64,000 nucleotides of DNA from an uncultured Gammaproteobacteria bacterium (GCA_964540285.1 CAZILW010000001.1:63703-127702), one strand, 5' to 3'. Numbered from the stretch's first letter, positions 16,505 through 26,148 are shown. Numbers and translations: made by a program. Notes: a model not told the origin generated them from the sequence alone.

Positions 16505-19015
16505 TTAATTTAATAAAGTAGTAAAAGCAACAACATTACCATAAGAAATTCCCTTCTCGTTCACAGCATAAGCTCTGAAATAATAAGTCGTGTTAGGATG
16601 TAAAATATCAATAGTTTTGCTAAATACTGAATTATGATTGGTTATTCTAATAATATTTACATTGTTGGAGATATATTCAAGATTATTATGATCGGCCCAA
16701 ATAATTCCTCTGGCATAAACCGTACCACCTCCATTGGCCGTCACCTGACCATTTAATGTGGCTACATTAGCGGTCAAATTGGTAGCTGACTCAGTGGACA
16801 CGGTAGGAAGAGATATTGCAGGAAAGTCTTCTCCTTTTATGCACCTAACGGAAATGCCACTATAGTCGTACGCATTGTTATATATTGGATTAACGTCAGT
16901 ATTTGTTAAAATATAGTAACGAGTAGTGCTAAGAGTAGCAATTGATAATGTCCAAAAATTAGCCCGAGTTCCAATATAGGAAAAATTAGTCGTCTTAATT
17001 CCGGATGGTAAAATTGAAAAATTAAAATAATTAGTACCAACAGAAGAAGAATTGTCCCAACGAGGATGATCACTAACATTACAAACACCGCCTAAGGAAG
17101 AATCGACCATTCTACAAGATTTTAAGGTTAGAGAATTGTTTGATCCAATGGAATTATTAAGCTCAACAAAATCAGAGTAAAAAGGAACTCTCCATCCAGG
17201 CGGACAAATTCTTCTAGGGTCAGAAACGGCTAACATTGAATAAAGTTTTCCGTAGGATGCATAACTAGAATTATCCTCATAAAAAGTCCAAACAGGATAA
17301 TTTAAATTAGACCAAGAACCAGCCTGGTTTGTAATAGAATCTCCATTTCTAAATTTGTCCGTTCTTAGGTTTTCGGCGAGCCAACATTTAGTTCCAACAC
17401 CTATTGTTTGATAAATGTATCCGTTGTAATCAACTGCATAACTCCCAACACAAGGATCTAGGGTAGTAAAAGCAACAACATTACCATAAGAAATTCCCTT
17501 CTCGTTCACAGCATAAGCTCTGAAATAATAAGTCGTGTTAGGATGTAAAATATCAATAGTTTTGCTAAATACTGAATTATGATTGGTTATTCTAATAATA
17601 TTTACATTGTTGGAGATATATTCAAGATTATTATGATCGGCCCAAATAATTCCTCTGGCATAAACCGTACCACCTCCATTGGCCGTCACCTGACCATTTA
17701 ATGTGGCTACATTAGCGGTCAAATTGGTAGCTGACTCAGTGGACACGGTAGGAAGAGATATTGCAGGAAAGTCTTCTCCTTTTATGCACCTAACGGAAAT
17801 GCCACTATAGTCGTACGCATTGTTATATATTGGATTAACGTCAGTATTTGTTAAAATATAGTAACGAGTAGTGCTAAGAGTAGCAATTGATAATGTCCAA
17901 AAATTAGCCCGAGTTCCAATATAGGAAAAATTAGTCGTCTTAATTCCGGATGGTAAAATTGAAAAATTAAAATAATTAGTACCAACAGAAGAAGAATTGT
18001 CCCAACGAGGATGATCACTAACATTACAAACACCGCCTAAGGAAGAATCGACCATTCTACAAGATTTTAAGGTTAGAGAATTGTTTGATCCAATGGAATT
18101 ATTAAGCTCAACAAAATCAGAGTAAAAAGGAACTCTCCATCCAGGCGGACAAATTCTTCTAGGGTCAGAAACGGCTAACATTGAATAAAGTTTTCCGTAG
18201 GATGCATAACTAGAATTATCCTCATAAAAAGTCCAAACAGGATAATTTAAATTAGACCAAGAACCAGCCTGGTTTGTAATAGAATCTCCATTTCTAAATT
18301 TGTCCGTTCTTAGGTTTTCGGCGAGCCAACATTGATTACCTATAACAACAGTTTTATAATTATAACCATTATAAACAATACTTTGACCACAATTTAAAGA
18401 GTCAACAACACATTCACCACCCTGACAAACATAACCATTATTACAAGATGGCTCACATAAATACTGGGAATCTATCAAATCAAAACTATTGTTAGTTTCT
18501 TCGCCACTATTGTTCTGATCACCAGGCTCATCACCGCCACCATTATTATCACCACCACTATTATCTCCCAAGCAGTCATAATTCATTATACCTCCAGGAG
18601 TAGCACATTTTAAACCTTCAGATAGGTTAGAGACATCATTTCCTAGACAAAATGATAAAGTGTAGGTAGAATTATCTTCGCTTACTTGATAGTAGAAGTT
18701 ATTTTGACTGGCATCACATACTCCATCAGCTGGATAAGGAGCAGAAGGAATATTATACATAAGTACTTGACCACTGGAAGTAATAAGAGAACCGCTTAAC
18801 CATTCTTCTTCAGTAGGATATCTTCCCTGTTCATTAAAAAATAATTCTAGGGCTGTTTGAGCTTGTTTTATATCAGCTAGTCTTTTACTATCACGAGCTC
18901 TAGAGCGAGCTTGTTGTAGGGCTACCACAGCTAGAGTAGCAAGTATTCCAATAATAGCTATTACTACTAATAACTCGACGAGAGTGAAGGCTTTTTTATA
19001 CTTTATTGGATTCAT
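16505..19015 (-). CDS. Prepilin-N-terminus protein fused to two FISUMP domains and Fn3-like modules
   Basis: N-terminus [20 protein letters not shown] (prepilin motif); Gly/Asp/Asn-rich linker. Two 315-aa repeats each contain CWLAENL...GKLYSMLAV...CPPGWRVP...SVRCIK, which matches the TIGR02145 FISUMP domain pattern. Confidence 0.8.
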   Translation of the reverse strand: MNPIKYKKAFTLVELLVVIAIIGILATLAVVALQQARSRARDSKRLADIKQAQTALELFFNEQGRYPTEEEWLSGSLITSSGQVLMYNIPSAPYPADGVCDASQNNFYYQVSEDNSTYTLSFCLGNDVSNLSEGLKCATPGGIMNYDCLGDNSGGDNNGGGDEPGDQNNSGEETNNSFDLIDSQYLCEPSCNNGYVCQGGECVVDSLNCGQSIVYNGYNYKTVVIGNQCWLAENLRTDKFRNGDSITNQAGSWSNLNYPVWTFYEDNSSYASYGKLYSMLAVSDPRRICPPGWRVPFYSDFVELNNSIGSNNSLTLKSCRMVDSSLGGVCNVSDHPRWDNSSSVGTNYFNFSILPSGIKTTNFSYIGTRANFWTLSIATLSTTRYYILTNTDVNPIYNNAYDYSGISVRCIKGEDFPAISLPTVSTESATNLTANVATLNGQVTANGGGTVYARGIIWADHNNLEYISNNVNIIRITNHNSVFSKTIDILHPNTTYYFRAYAVNEKGISYGNVVAFTTLDPCVGSYAVDYNGYIYQTIGVGTKCWLAENLRTDKFRNGDSITNQAGSWSNLNYPVWTFYEDNSSYASYGKLYSMLAVSDPRRICPPGWRVPFYSDFVELNNSIGSNNSLTLKSCRMVDSSLGGVCNVSDHPRWDNSSSVGTNYFNFSILPSGIKTTNFSYIGTRANFWTLSIATLSTTRYYILTNTDVNPIYNNAYDYSGISVRCIKGEDFPAISLPTVSTESATNLTANVATLNGQVTANGGGTVYARGIIWADHNNLEYISNNVNIIRITNHNSVFSKTIDILHPNTTYYFRAYAVNEKGISYGNVVAFTTLLN
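16518..18333. repeat. Two tandem copies of a 945-bp unit with about 870 bp of 100% nucleotide identity, inside the pilin-FISUMP gene
   Basis: Copy A 16518-17388 is identical to copy B 17463-18333 (offset 945). The identical false ORFs 16906..17088 and 17851..18033 reflect this duplication. Confidence 0.9.
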
Positions 19016-19152
19016 TTATATAAAATTAATTATTTCTTTTTTCAAACTTTTCACTCTTCTTTTCTTTTAATCTCTCAAAAATTAAATAAACCAAAACAAC
19101 AGAAAAAATAAGAATAAAAATAAAATCCCAAAAATTAAACATATTTTTACAA

Positions 19153-19467
19153 TTATTTAAGTTTGACAGCTGTTCCATAAGCGAGTATCTCTGAAGCCCC
19201 TTGGGTAATCATGGAGGTGTTTAGCTTCATGCCAATTATAGCATCAGCCCCCAACCTTCTTGCATCCTCTTCCATTCTATAGATAGCTTCCTCTCTGGAC
19301 TCAGCTTGTAATTTTGTATATTCACTTATTTCTCCTCCAACAATATTTTTTAAACCAGCAAAAATATCACGACCAATATTTCTAGCCCTGACAGTACCAC
19401 CCCGAACAACACCCAAAATTTCTTTTATCTCCCTTCCAGGAATTTGCTCTCCCGTTGTAATAATCAT
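19153..19467 (-). CDS. YbjQ/UPF0145-family protein
   Basis: 104 aa with typical UPF0145 sequence MIITTGEQIPGREI...GGEI..Y...L...R..A...M...A...GADAIIG. Confidence 0.75.
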   Translation of the reverse strand: MIITTGEQIPGREIKEILGVVRGGTVRARNIGRDIFAGLKNIVGGEISEYTKLQAESREEAIYRMEEDARRLGADAIIGMKLNTSMITQGASEILAYGTAVKLK

Positions 19468-19493
19468 AAAATTTGAAATTATTTTTTAAAAAA

Positions 19494-19661
19494 TTAATCT
19501 ATTGATTTAAAAAAATCACAATGACCAGTTAAAGGAACTTCAGCCCTTGCTTCACTACAAAAACCATGATCACCATGGTTTTTAAAACTTGTACATTTTT
19601 GACATTGCAAATCTTCATTGTGATAATCATCAACAAAGTCAGCCTCTATTTCGTGAGCCAT
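19494..19661 (-). CDS. Small Cys/His-rich hypothetical protein
   Basis: CQKC ... HGDHGFC ... GHCDFF candidate metal-binding pattern. Start assumed at MAHEIE. Confidence 0.4.
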   Translation of the reverse strand: MAHEIEADFVDDYHNEDLQCQKCTSFKNHGDHGFCSEARAEVPLTGHCDFFKSID

Positions 19662-19716
19662 ATTTTTTAGATAATAATAAGTATTTTGTGTTTGTATAAA
19701 AAATTTATACAAAAAA

Positions 19717-19938
19717 CTAATTTTTGGTTACTTTTTTATTTTTGCTAAATCCAAATATGTATATAATTTCCAGTATTGCCAAAGAATTAACCAAAAGCAT
19801 AGCAATAAACCACCATTTGTGGTTATTTCTAGCAGATTTCCAAAGAGCAATCCCTTTCCACGGAATAGTCCAAATAATTAAAATTGAAATAAAAATTATA
19901 AAACCACTGCCTAATTGTTGTAATTCATTCATAAACAT
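19717..19938 (-). CDS. Small membrane protein (2 TM)
   Basis: 73 aa, two hydrophobic helices, WKGIALWKSARN motif. Confidence 0.5.
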   Translation of the reverse strand: MFMNELQQLGSGFIIFISILIIWTIPWKGIALWKSARNNHKWWFIAMLLVNSLAILEIIYIFGFSKNKKVTKN

Positions 19939-19967
19939 TAAAACTAATTATAAGCACTTTGTTAAAA

Positions 19968-20225
19968 TTATTCATCAAAAATATGAATTTCAGCCTTAGT
20001 CTCCTCTATTTTATTTAAAAGATTCAATAATTCTAATATTTTCAGCTCTTCTCCTTTTAGAGCTAACAAAATCATACCTGGGCAGTGTTCTGTACAACTT
20101 TTTTGAACATTAACCCCCATCCTTGAAATAATCAAATGTCCATTTTCAGTTAATAAACTATTGATTTCACTGGAGTTTTGTTGTCTATTAGTAGTTAAAA
20201 TTGTAATACTGGCTAATTTTTCCAT
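19968..20225 (-). CDS. Putative iron-only hydrogenase system regulator (TM1266-like small ACT-type protein)
   Basis: 85 aa. Immediately downstream of the [FeFe]-hydrogenase gene. Size and pattern fit the hydrogenase-associated small regulator family. Confidence 0.4.
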   Translation of the reverse strand: MEKLASITILTTNRQQNSSEINSLLTENGHLIISRMGVNVQKSCTEHCPGMILLALKGEELKILELLNLLNKIEETKAEIHIFDE

Positions 20226-20239
20226 AAAATTAAAATTAA

Positions 20240-21973
20240 TTATTTATTTTTTCTATTTATATATTTGGTGTGTAATACTTTATGTGATAACTTACTGTTT
20301 TTTACCCAATTGACCGCCTCTAATGCATCTCGATTTTCATGAGCAGTTCTTATCTTCTCTTTTTTATCACTACTATACAATCCCTCCATTCTCTTTTGAA
20401 CTATTTCCATTGAGCTCGGTATAATTTGTCCTCCTCCACCAATACAACCTCCAGGACAAGCCATAACCTCTATATAATGATATTTTTTTAACTTTGATAA
20501 AACTTCTTTTATATTACCAATTCCGCTAACAACCGCCACATTAAGCTTGTTTCCGTTTAAATCAATAACCGCCTCTTTAACTCCTTTCAGCCCTCTAACC
20601 TCTTTAAATTCAATTCTAGAGTGGCAAATTTTGGCTTTTTTTGAGTCTTTACAGACAAAATGATTAGCAGTTCTAAGAGCTGACTCCATAACACCACCTG
20701 AAGCTCCATAAATCACCGCCGCACCACTACCATCATTAAATAAATCATTAGATTTTTCTGGTTTTAGATTTTTAAAATCAATACCATTTTTCTTAATTAA
20801 AAAAGCCAACTCTCTAACAGTAATAACTTCATCTACCGGATAAAGACCATTAATTTTAAGCTCTGATCTTCGAGATTCAAACTTCTTGGCTGTACAAGGC
20901 ATTATAGAAACAGTAATTATATCTTTGGGTTTAATATTTTTTTTATTCGCCCAATAAGTTTTTATAACTCCACCCAGATGAATTTGAGGCGATCTTGATG
21001 TTGTTAAGTGAGGTATTAAGTCTGGTCGATAAAATTCTAAATATTTTACCCAAGCTGGGCAACAAGAAGTTATCATTGGAAGCTTGGCCTTTTTGTCCCC
21101 TAATCTTTCCAATAACTCCTCGGCCTCGACCAGAGTTGTTATATCTGCCCCCAAGTTAACATCAATAACTTGATCAAAACCAATTTTTTTCAAAGCCGTA
21201 ACCATTTGACCAGCGGCATTATAACCATAAGGAAGGCCAAACATTTCTCCAATTGAAATTCGAGTAGATGGAGCAATCATTGCTATTAACTTTTTACCTT
21301 TCTTATTAGACAAAATATCTTCAACCTTGTCCCAATTATATTGCTCTTGAGCTGAGGCTACTGGACAATGCAAAGCACACTGCCCACAATAAATACAATC
21401 AATATTTTTATCTTTAACTGGAACTATTTCTTGCTTATAACCCTTACCCTCCTTTTTTAAATAATTTATTTTTTGAATATTAGAGCAAGCATCAATACAA
21501 TTTCGGCAGTCTATACATTGACTACCGTCAATTTCCACAGAATTAGAAAACTTGTAAGTTTTTCTCTGTCCTTTACGATCATTAAAGCTGGCAATATTTA
21601 AACCATAACGCCTAGCCAAAGAAAGCAAATCACAACTAAATCTAGAAGTGCAATTAACGCATTTTTCAATATGAGCTGAAAATATTAATTTTAAATTAGT
21701 GTCTCTCGATAATTTAACCTTAGGAGAGTTGGTAAAAACCTCCATACCATCGCAAGCCACAGTCGAACAAGAGGTCATTAAACGATTAAAACCCTTAACT
21801 TCAACTACGCAAACTCGACAATTGGCTTTAACATCTAGATCGGGATGATTACAAAGCGATGGAATAAAAATATTATTTCTACTGGCAACTTCTAATATTT
21901 TTTCGCCAACAAAACAGTCATAATTTTTACCATCAATTTTTATTTTTATTTTTTTATTTTTTTCTTTTAACAT
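20240..21973 (-). CDS. hydA: [FeFe]-hydrogenase catalytic subunit (HydA, NAD(P)-dependent multimeric type)
   Basis: N-terminal 2Fe-2S ferredoxin domain. Two 4Fe-4S motifs (CIDCRNCIDAC, CIYCGQCALHCP). H-cluster motifs L1 TSCCPAW, L2 MPCTAKK, L3 EVMACPGGCIGGGGQ. Confidence 0.9.
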   Translation of the reverse strand: MLKEKNKKIKIKIDGKNYDCFVGEKILEVASRNNIFIPSLCNHPDLDVKANCRVCVVEVKGFNRLMTSCSTVACDGMEVFTNSPKVKLSRDTNLKLIFSAHIEKCVNCTSRFSCDLLSLARRYGLNIASFNDRKGQRKTYKFSNSVEIDGSQCIDCRNCIDACSNIQKINYLKKEGKGYKQEIVPVKDKNIDCIYCGQCALHCPVASAQEQYNWDKVEDILSNKKGKKLIAMIAPSTRISIGEMFGLPYGYNAAGQMVTALKKIGFDQVIDVNLGADITTLVEAEELLERLGDKKAKLPMITSCCPAWVKYLEFYRPDLIPHLTTSRSPQIHLGGVIKTYWANKKNIKPKDIITVSIMPCTAKKFESRRSELKINGLYPVDEVITVRELAFLIKKNGIDFKNLKPEKSNDLFNDGSGAAVIYGASGGVMESALRTANHFVCKDSKKAKICHSRIEFKEVRGLKGVKEAVIDLNGNKLNVAVVSGIGNIKEVLSKLKKYHYIEVMACPGGCIGGGGQIIPSSMEIVQKRMEGLYSSDKKEKIRTAHENRDALEAVNWVKNSKLSHKVLHTKYINRKNK

Positions 21974-23012
21974 CTTTTTTTAAAACCTTTGAACTTTTTT
22001 GGGAAATAATTAAAGGTTCGTAAATATTTTTAAAATAACTTAAAACAGCTATCGGAACAGAAGTTCCCAATGCACAAAAAGAAGATAAAAATAAATTGTC
22101 GCATAAATCATTAAATCTTTTTTCTTTTCTTATTTCTGATCCAAGCTCTTTAAACATTTCATAAAGACGAAAAGTTCCCTCTCGACAAGGAGTACACTGA
22201 CCGCAAGAATTATCTCTGAAAAAACCAAGCCAATAATTTAATAATTTTTCTGGAAAATGTTTTTCCATTTTATAAATAGTAATTGAACCAGCGCCATCAA
22301 CTCTTCTCTTTAATTGTCTACTATTTAAGACTTCGCCAGAAGCGTCACCGCCAATTTGAACAAAAAAATCGTATTCAGGATAATTAGCTGTTTGTTTTAA
22401 AATCTCATCAATATTTAAACTGTCTGGCAAAAAATAAACCCCTTTATTTTTTTTATCAAAATTAATAGAATAAAATCTTTTATTTTGATATTTATTTTGA
22501 CTAACCAAATAAACATTATAAATAGTTTCGACATTATTTATTAAAGTTGGCTTACCGTAAAGACCGCTGCAAGTTGGAAAAGGTGGTCTAATACGAGGCT
22601 CAACATCCTTACACTCTATAATATTTAAAATTGTTGTTTCCTCTCCGGCAATATAACCAGAATTTATTGGTTTAAGGAAAAAAACCATTTTACCCTTCAA
22701 TCCAGCAGAATTGGCTAATTTGTTTAATTTATTTTTTGAATTATAAAGATTCTTGTTTAAATAAAAATAAATTTTTTTAGCTTTAATAAAATCAGATGCG
22801 ATTTTTATTCCTTTTATTAATTCTTCTGGATGATTATTTATTATATAAGCGTCTTTATGTATTCCTGGCTCCCCCTCTGCCCCATTTATTACTAAATATT
22901 TTTCTAAACTATTTTCATTTTTAACCGCCTGCCATTTTAAATGAACGGGAAAAGAAGCGCCACCACGACCAAGTAATCCAGCTTTTTTAATTTTATCTAA
23001 AATATTAGTCAT
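21954..23012 (-). CDS. NuoF-like NADH-binding flavoprotein subunit of hydrogenase (HndC/HydB-like, short form)
   Basis: GRGGASFPVHLKW, YLVINGAEGEPG and CGQCTPCREG, the NuoF 51-kDa motifs. Only 352 aa; the canonical C-terminal 4Fe-4S motifs are not obvious. Confidence 0.7.
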   Translation of the reverse strand: MTNILDKIKKAGLLGRGGASFPVHLKWQAVKNENSLEKYLVINGAEGEPGIHKDAYIINNHPEELIKGIKIASDFIKAKKIYFYLNKNLYNSKNKLNKLANSAGLKGKMVFFLKPINSGYIAGEETTILNIIECKDVEPRIRPPFPTCSGLYGKPTLINNVETIYNVYLVSQNKYQNKRFYSINFDKKNKGVYFLPDSLNIDEILKQTANYPEYDFFVQIGGDASGEVLNSRQLKRRVDGAGSITIYKMEKHFPEKLLNYWLGFFRDNSCGQCTPCREGTFRLYEMFKELGSEIRKEKRFNDLCDNLFLSSFCALGTSVPIAVLSYFKNIYEPLIISQKSSKVLKKDVKRKK

Positions 23013-23013
23013 A

Positions 23014-24027
23014 TTACCACTTTAGATATTTTATTAAATCTACTAAACGACAAGAATATCCCCATTCATTATCATACCAAGCAATAACTTTTAACAAATC
23101 ACCATCCATAACTTTAGTCAAAGAAAGGTCAACAATAGTACTGTGGTCATTTTTGACTATATCGCTTGAAACCAGTGGTTCAGTTGAAGCTTCAATAATA
23201 TTTTTAAATCTAGCTGTTTGTGAAGCTTTAACAAAAGCCTTGTTAACATCTTCGGCAGTAACCTTTTTCTTTAAAACAAAAACGGTGTCGCACAAAGAAC
23301 CAACCACTACCGGAACTCTAACTGCTAAACCATCAAAAGTTCCAGCCAAAGAAGGGATTGTTAGAGCAATAGCTTTGGCTGCCCCAGTTGTTGTTGGTAC
23401 AATATTTAAAGCAGCGCTACGGGCTCTTCTTAGATCTTTATGCGGACCATCAACTAAATTTTGATCAGCTGTATAAGCATGAATAGTTGTCATTAAGGCC
23501 TTTTTGATACCAAAATTTTTTCTAATAACTTCAGTTACTGGAGCTAAGCAGTTGGTTGTACAAGAAGCACAAGATAAAATATTATCATTTTTATTAATCT
23601 TTTCCTCGTTAACACCAATAACAATAGTTTTAACCTTATCCTCGCCCTTAGAAGGGGCCGAAAGAACGACTTTTTTAGCGCCAGCTTTGATATGCAAGCC
23701 CAAGCCTTCTTTATTAGTAAATCTTCCAGTGCACTCCAAAACAACATCAACTTTCATTTTAGCCCAAGGCAAAAGAGATGGGTCTTTCTCTGAAAAAACT
23801 GGAATTTTTTTGCCGGCAATGATTATATTTTTTTCGTCAGATGAAACTTTTTTATCATAAACTCCATAGGCTGAATCATATTTTAAAAGATGAGCTAAGG
23901 TTTTAGTATCGGTTAAATCATTTATGGCTACTATTTTATAGTTAGGATTTTTATCAATAATAATTTTACAAACAGCTCGGCCAATGCGACCAAAACCATT
24001 AATAGCAATGTTCAATTTTTTTGGCAT
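23014..24027 (-). CDS. gap: Glyceraldehyde-3-phosphate dehydrogenase, type I
   Basis: INGFGRIGR NAD-binding motif and active site SCASCTTNCLAP. Confidence 0.9.
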   Translation of the reverse strand: MPKKLNIAINGFGRIGRAVCKIIIDKNPNYKIVAINDLTDTKTLAHLLKYDSAYGVYDKKVSSDEKNIIIAGKKIPVFSEKDPSLLPWAKMKVDVVLECTGRFTNKEGLGLHIKAGAKKVVLSAPSKGEDKVKTIVIGVNEEKINKNDNILSCASCTTNCLAPVTEVIRKNFGIKKALMTTIHAYTADQNLVDGPHKDLRRARSAALNIVPTTTGAAKAIALTIPSLAGTFDGLAVRVPVVVGSLCDTVFVLKKKVTAEDVNKAFVKASQTARFKNIIEASTEPLVSSDIVKNDHSTIVDLSLTKVMDGDLLKVIAWYDNEWGYSCRLVDLIKYLKW

Positions 24028-24086
24028 AAATTTTATTTTCCACTCTAATACAAGAGGGTTATTTTAATTATAAATATCTATTTTAA

Positions 24087-24578
24087 TTACAATCTATCAT
24101 AAAGATTAGAGGCTATTTTATCAACCTCTATCATAAAAGATTCTTTTTCCTCTAATGTTGATTCAGAATATTTTTTACTATCAACATTCTTAACTAAAGA
24201 TGAAAGCTTTTCAGCTAAATCGTCAACATTAATCGATTTTTCTCTAGCCAACTCAACAACCAAAGATAACTGAGAAACTCTATTATAGGAAAGTTTATTT
24301 TGATTTAAAGCTTCCTCTATTTTTATCATCTCATTATTATCTCTCCCTAAATTTTTCCAAATAATTTCTCGAGCTGAATCAAATTCTTGTCCAAACAATT
24401 TTTTTCCTTGAGAATCTTCTATGTAGAACTCTGGAGAATTAATAATTTTTTCTAATAAACTTTTTAATTCATTATCATTTTTTTCACTTTTTGTCTTTTT
24501 TTCTTTCAAAAAAATATTAAAATTAGCTACACTTAAAAATGGTTTTTCTTTTTTCTTGCTAAAAAAATTTTCAAACAT
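24087..24578 (-). CDS. Hypothetical protein (163 aa)
   Basis: ORF with no recognisable motif. Confidence 0.45.
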   Translation of the reverse strand: MFENFFSKKKEKPFLSVANFNIFLKEKKTKSEKNDNELKSLLEKIINSPEFYIEDSQGKKLFGQEFDSAREIIWKNLGRDNNEMIKIEEALNQNKLSYNRVSQLSLVVELAREKSINVDDLAEKLSSLVKNVDSKKYSESTLEEKESFMIEVDKIASNLYDRL

Positions 24579-24698
24579 ATTTTTTTATATTAATATCAAA
24601 CAAGTATTGACTTTTTTAAAAAATAATGTAATTATAGCTAGTTATATGTAGAGTATAGCACAAAAAATAACAGCACACAAACAAAAAAACGAGATAAA

Positions 24699-24932
24699 AT
24701 GGGAGAAAAATGGATTTCCGAGAAGGACATACTGGGGTTGGATATATTGTCCTTCACCAGAAAGGTCAAAGAGGTGATAAAAGAAAAACCCGATGACATC
24801 TTCAGCGAGGAAAAGCGACAAATAAGACTTTGCCTCATTAAGCTTTTAACTGAAAATCGCGAAAATATCGTGATCGAGGTAAAAAGAGAAATGGCCAAAA
24901 AAGTTAATCAACTAATGGCTATGGGTAACTAA
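24699..24932 (+). CDS. Small hypothetical protein, paralogue A (77 aa)
   Basis: Shares the pattern EIL..F..KV.EIL.........I.L......L.L........I..EIAK.VN.LI with the adjacent 74-aa ORF. Confidence 0.45.
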   Translation: MGEKWISEKDILGLDILSFTRKVKEVIKEKPDDIFSEEKRQIRLCLIKLLTENRENIVIEVKREMAKKVNQLMAMGN

Positions 24933-24984
24933 AAAACCCAAATCAATTTAGTTCTTTTAAAAAATTTTAAATTAAAAAATAATT

Positions 24985-25209
24985 GTGATGATTAGTGAAG
25001 ACGAAATTTTGAATATGAATAACATTGACTTCATGATAAAAGTCAGAGAAATTCTTGACAAAAATCAAAGGCCTGAAAACAGAATAGATATAAATGAAAT
25101 AAAATTATCAATATCCAATCTCTTTCTTGTTAAAGATTTAGAACTAAGAACAAAAATAAGAATGGAAATTGCTAAAGATGTAAACAAACTAATCTCCAAT
25201 ATTTATTAA
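24985..25209 (+). CDS. Small hypothetical protein, paralogue B (74 aa)
   Basis: Paralogous to 24699..24932; followed by a bidirectional terminator. Confidence 0.45.
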   Translation: MMISEDEILNMNNIDFMIKVREILDKNQRPENRIDINEIKLSISNLFLVKDLELRTKIRMEIAKDVNKLISNIY

Positions 25210-25255
25210 AAAAATAAAAGCCCAAATGAAAGATGGGCTTTTTTATTTTTATTCA
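25201..25255. terminator. Bidirectional rho-independent terminator
   Basis: aagccca-aatgaaaga-tgggctt hairpin (25219-25241) with T-tracts on both strands. Serves the plus-strand small genes and the minus-strand PSP1 gene. Confidence 0.65.
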
Positions 25256-26076
25256 GATTTTTTCTTTTTATGACGATTAATATCAACTTCAACCACTACA
25301 TCATTTTCACCATCCTTTTCCCCTCTAAACAAAACATTGACTGATTGTTTTAATATGTGATGACCAACCACCTCCCCTCTTCGACCGTCAACATTAACCC
25401 TAGTTCCTATTGGAGGTAAATTTTTAGATAATTCAACATAACCCTCGTACTCATAAGAAAGACAACACATAAGTTTTCCGCACATACCAGAAACACGCTC
25501 ACTGCCACGATGAGAAACTTGTTGCGACTCAGCCATTTCTGAACCTATAGAAAAAAAATCTTTCATAAACCCTCGACAACAAAGAACTCTTCCGCAATGA
25601 CCAAAATCACCACTAATTTTTGCCTCATCCCGACTACCGATTTGAGTTAAGCGAATAACACCTTTAAAGTGAGTACTTAGATCTTTAACTAAACTTCTAA
25701 AATCAACCCTATTTTCTGAGTAAAAAGCAAAATTAATTCTATTTTTATCTAAAGAAAAATGAACATCGACTAATTTCATGGGTAGATCATACTTCTTTAT
25801 TAAATTACGACAATAATTTAAAGCATCCTCTTTTTCTGCTCCTAAGGTTATCTTAGACAAGTCATCTTCGCTAGCAAGTCTTATAACTGGTTTTATTTCA
25901 TCCTCAATTCTGTTTAGCTCATCTTTACTCAACTCTTTAAAATCAAAAACCTCTCCAATCTCCTGACCGAATTCAGTTTCCACAATTACAACATCTCCTT
26001 CTTTTAACTCCAGTTCTCCAGGGTTAAAATTATACTTCTTATCCCAAGAAGCAAATTGTATTTGAACAACTTTCAT
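25249..26076 (-). CDS. PSP1 C-terminal domain protein (YaaT/RicT-like)
   Basis: Cys motifs HCGRVLCCRGF and MCGKLMCCLSYE typical of the PSP1 domain. Confidence 0.8.
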   Translation of the reverse strand: MKVVQIQFASWDKKYNFNPGELELKEGDVVIVETEFGQEIGEVFDFKELSKDELNRIEDEIKPVIRLASEDDLSKITLGAEKEDALNYCRNLIKKYDLPMKLVDVHFSLDKNRINFAFYSENRVDFRSLVKDLSTHFKGVIRLTQIGSRDEAKISGDFGHCGRVLCCRGFMKDFFSIGSEMAESQQVSHRGSERVSGMCGKLMCCLSYEYEGYVELSKNLPPIGTRVNVDGRRGEVVGHHILKQSVNVLFRGEKDGENDVVVEVDINRHKKKKSE

Positions 26077-26148
26077 ATTTTACAATCATATAAATAAAAC
26101 GAACATTAAGTTCGTTTTATTTTATGAGAATTATTTTTTAGATAAAAA

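Noticed and set aside
16906-18033. Identical 60-aa ORFs (16906..17088 and 17851..18033) as a duplicated small gene
   Set aside because: They lie antisense inside the pilin-FISUMP CDS and simply mirror its 945-bp tandem duplication.
16505-19015. Diversity-generating retroelement targeting the repeated C-terminal domains
   Set aside because: No reverse transcriptase gene or template repeat with adenine-specific mismatches is present in the window. The repeats are 100% identical rather than A-variable.
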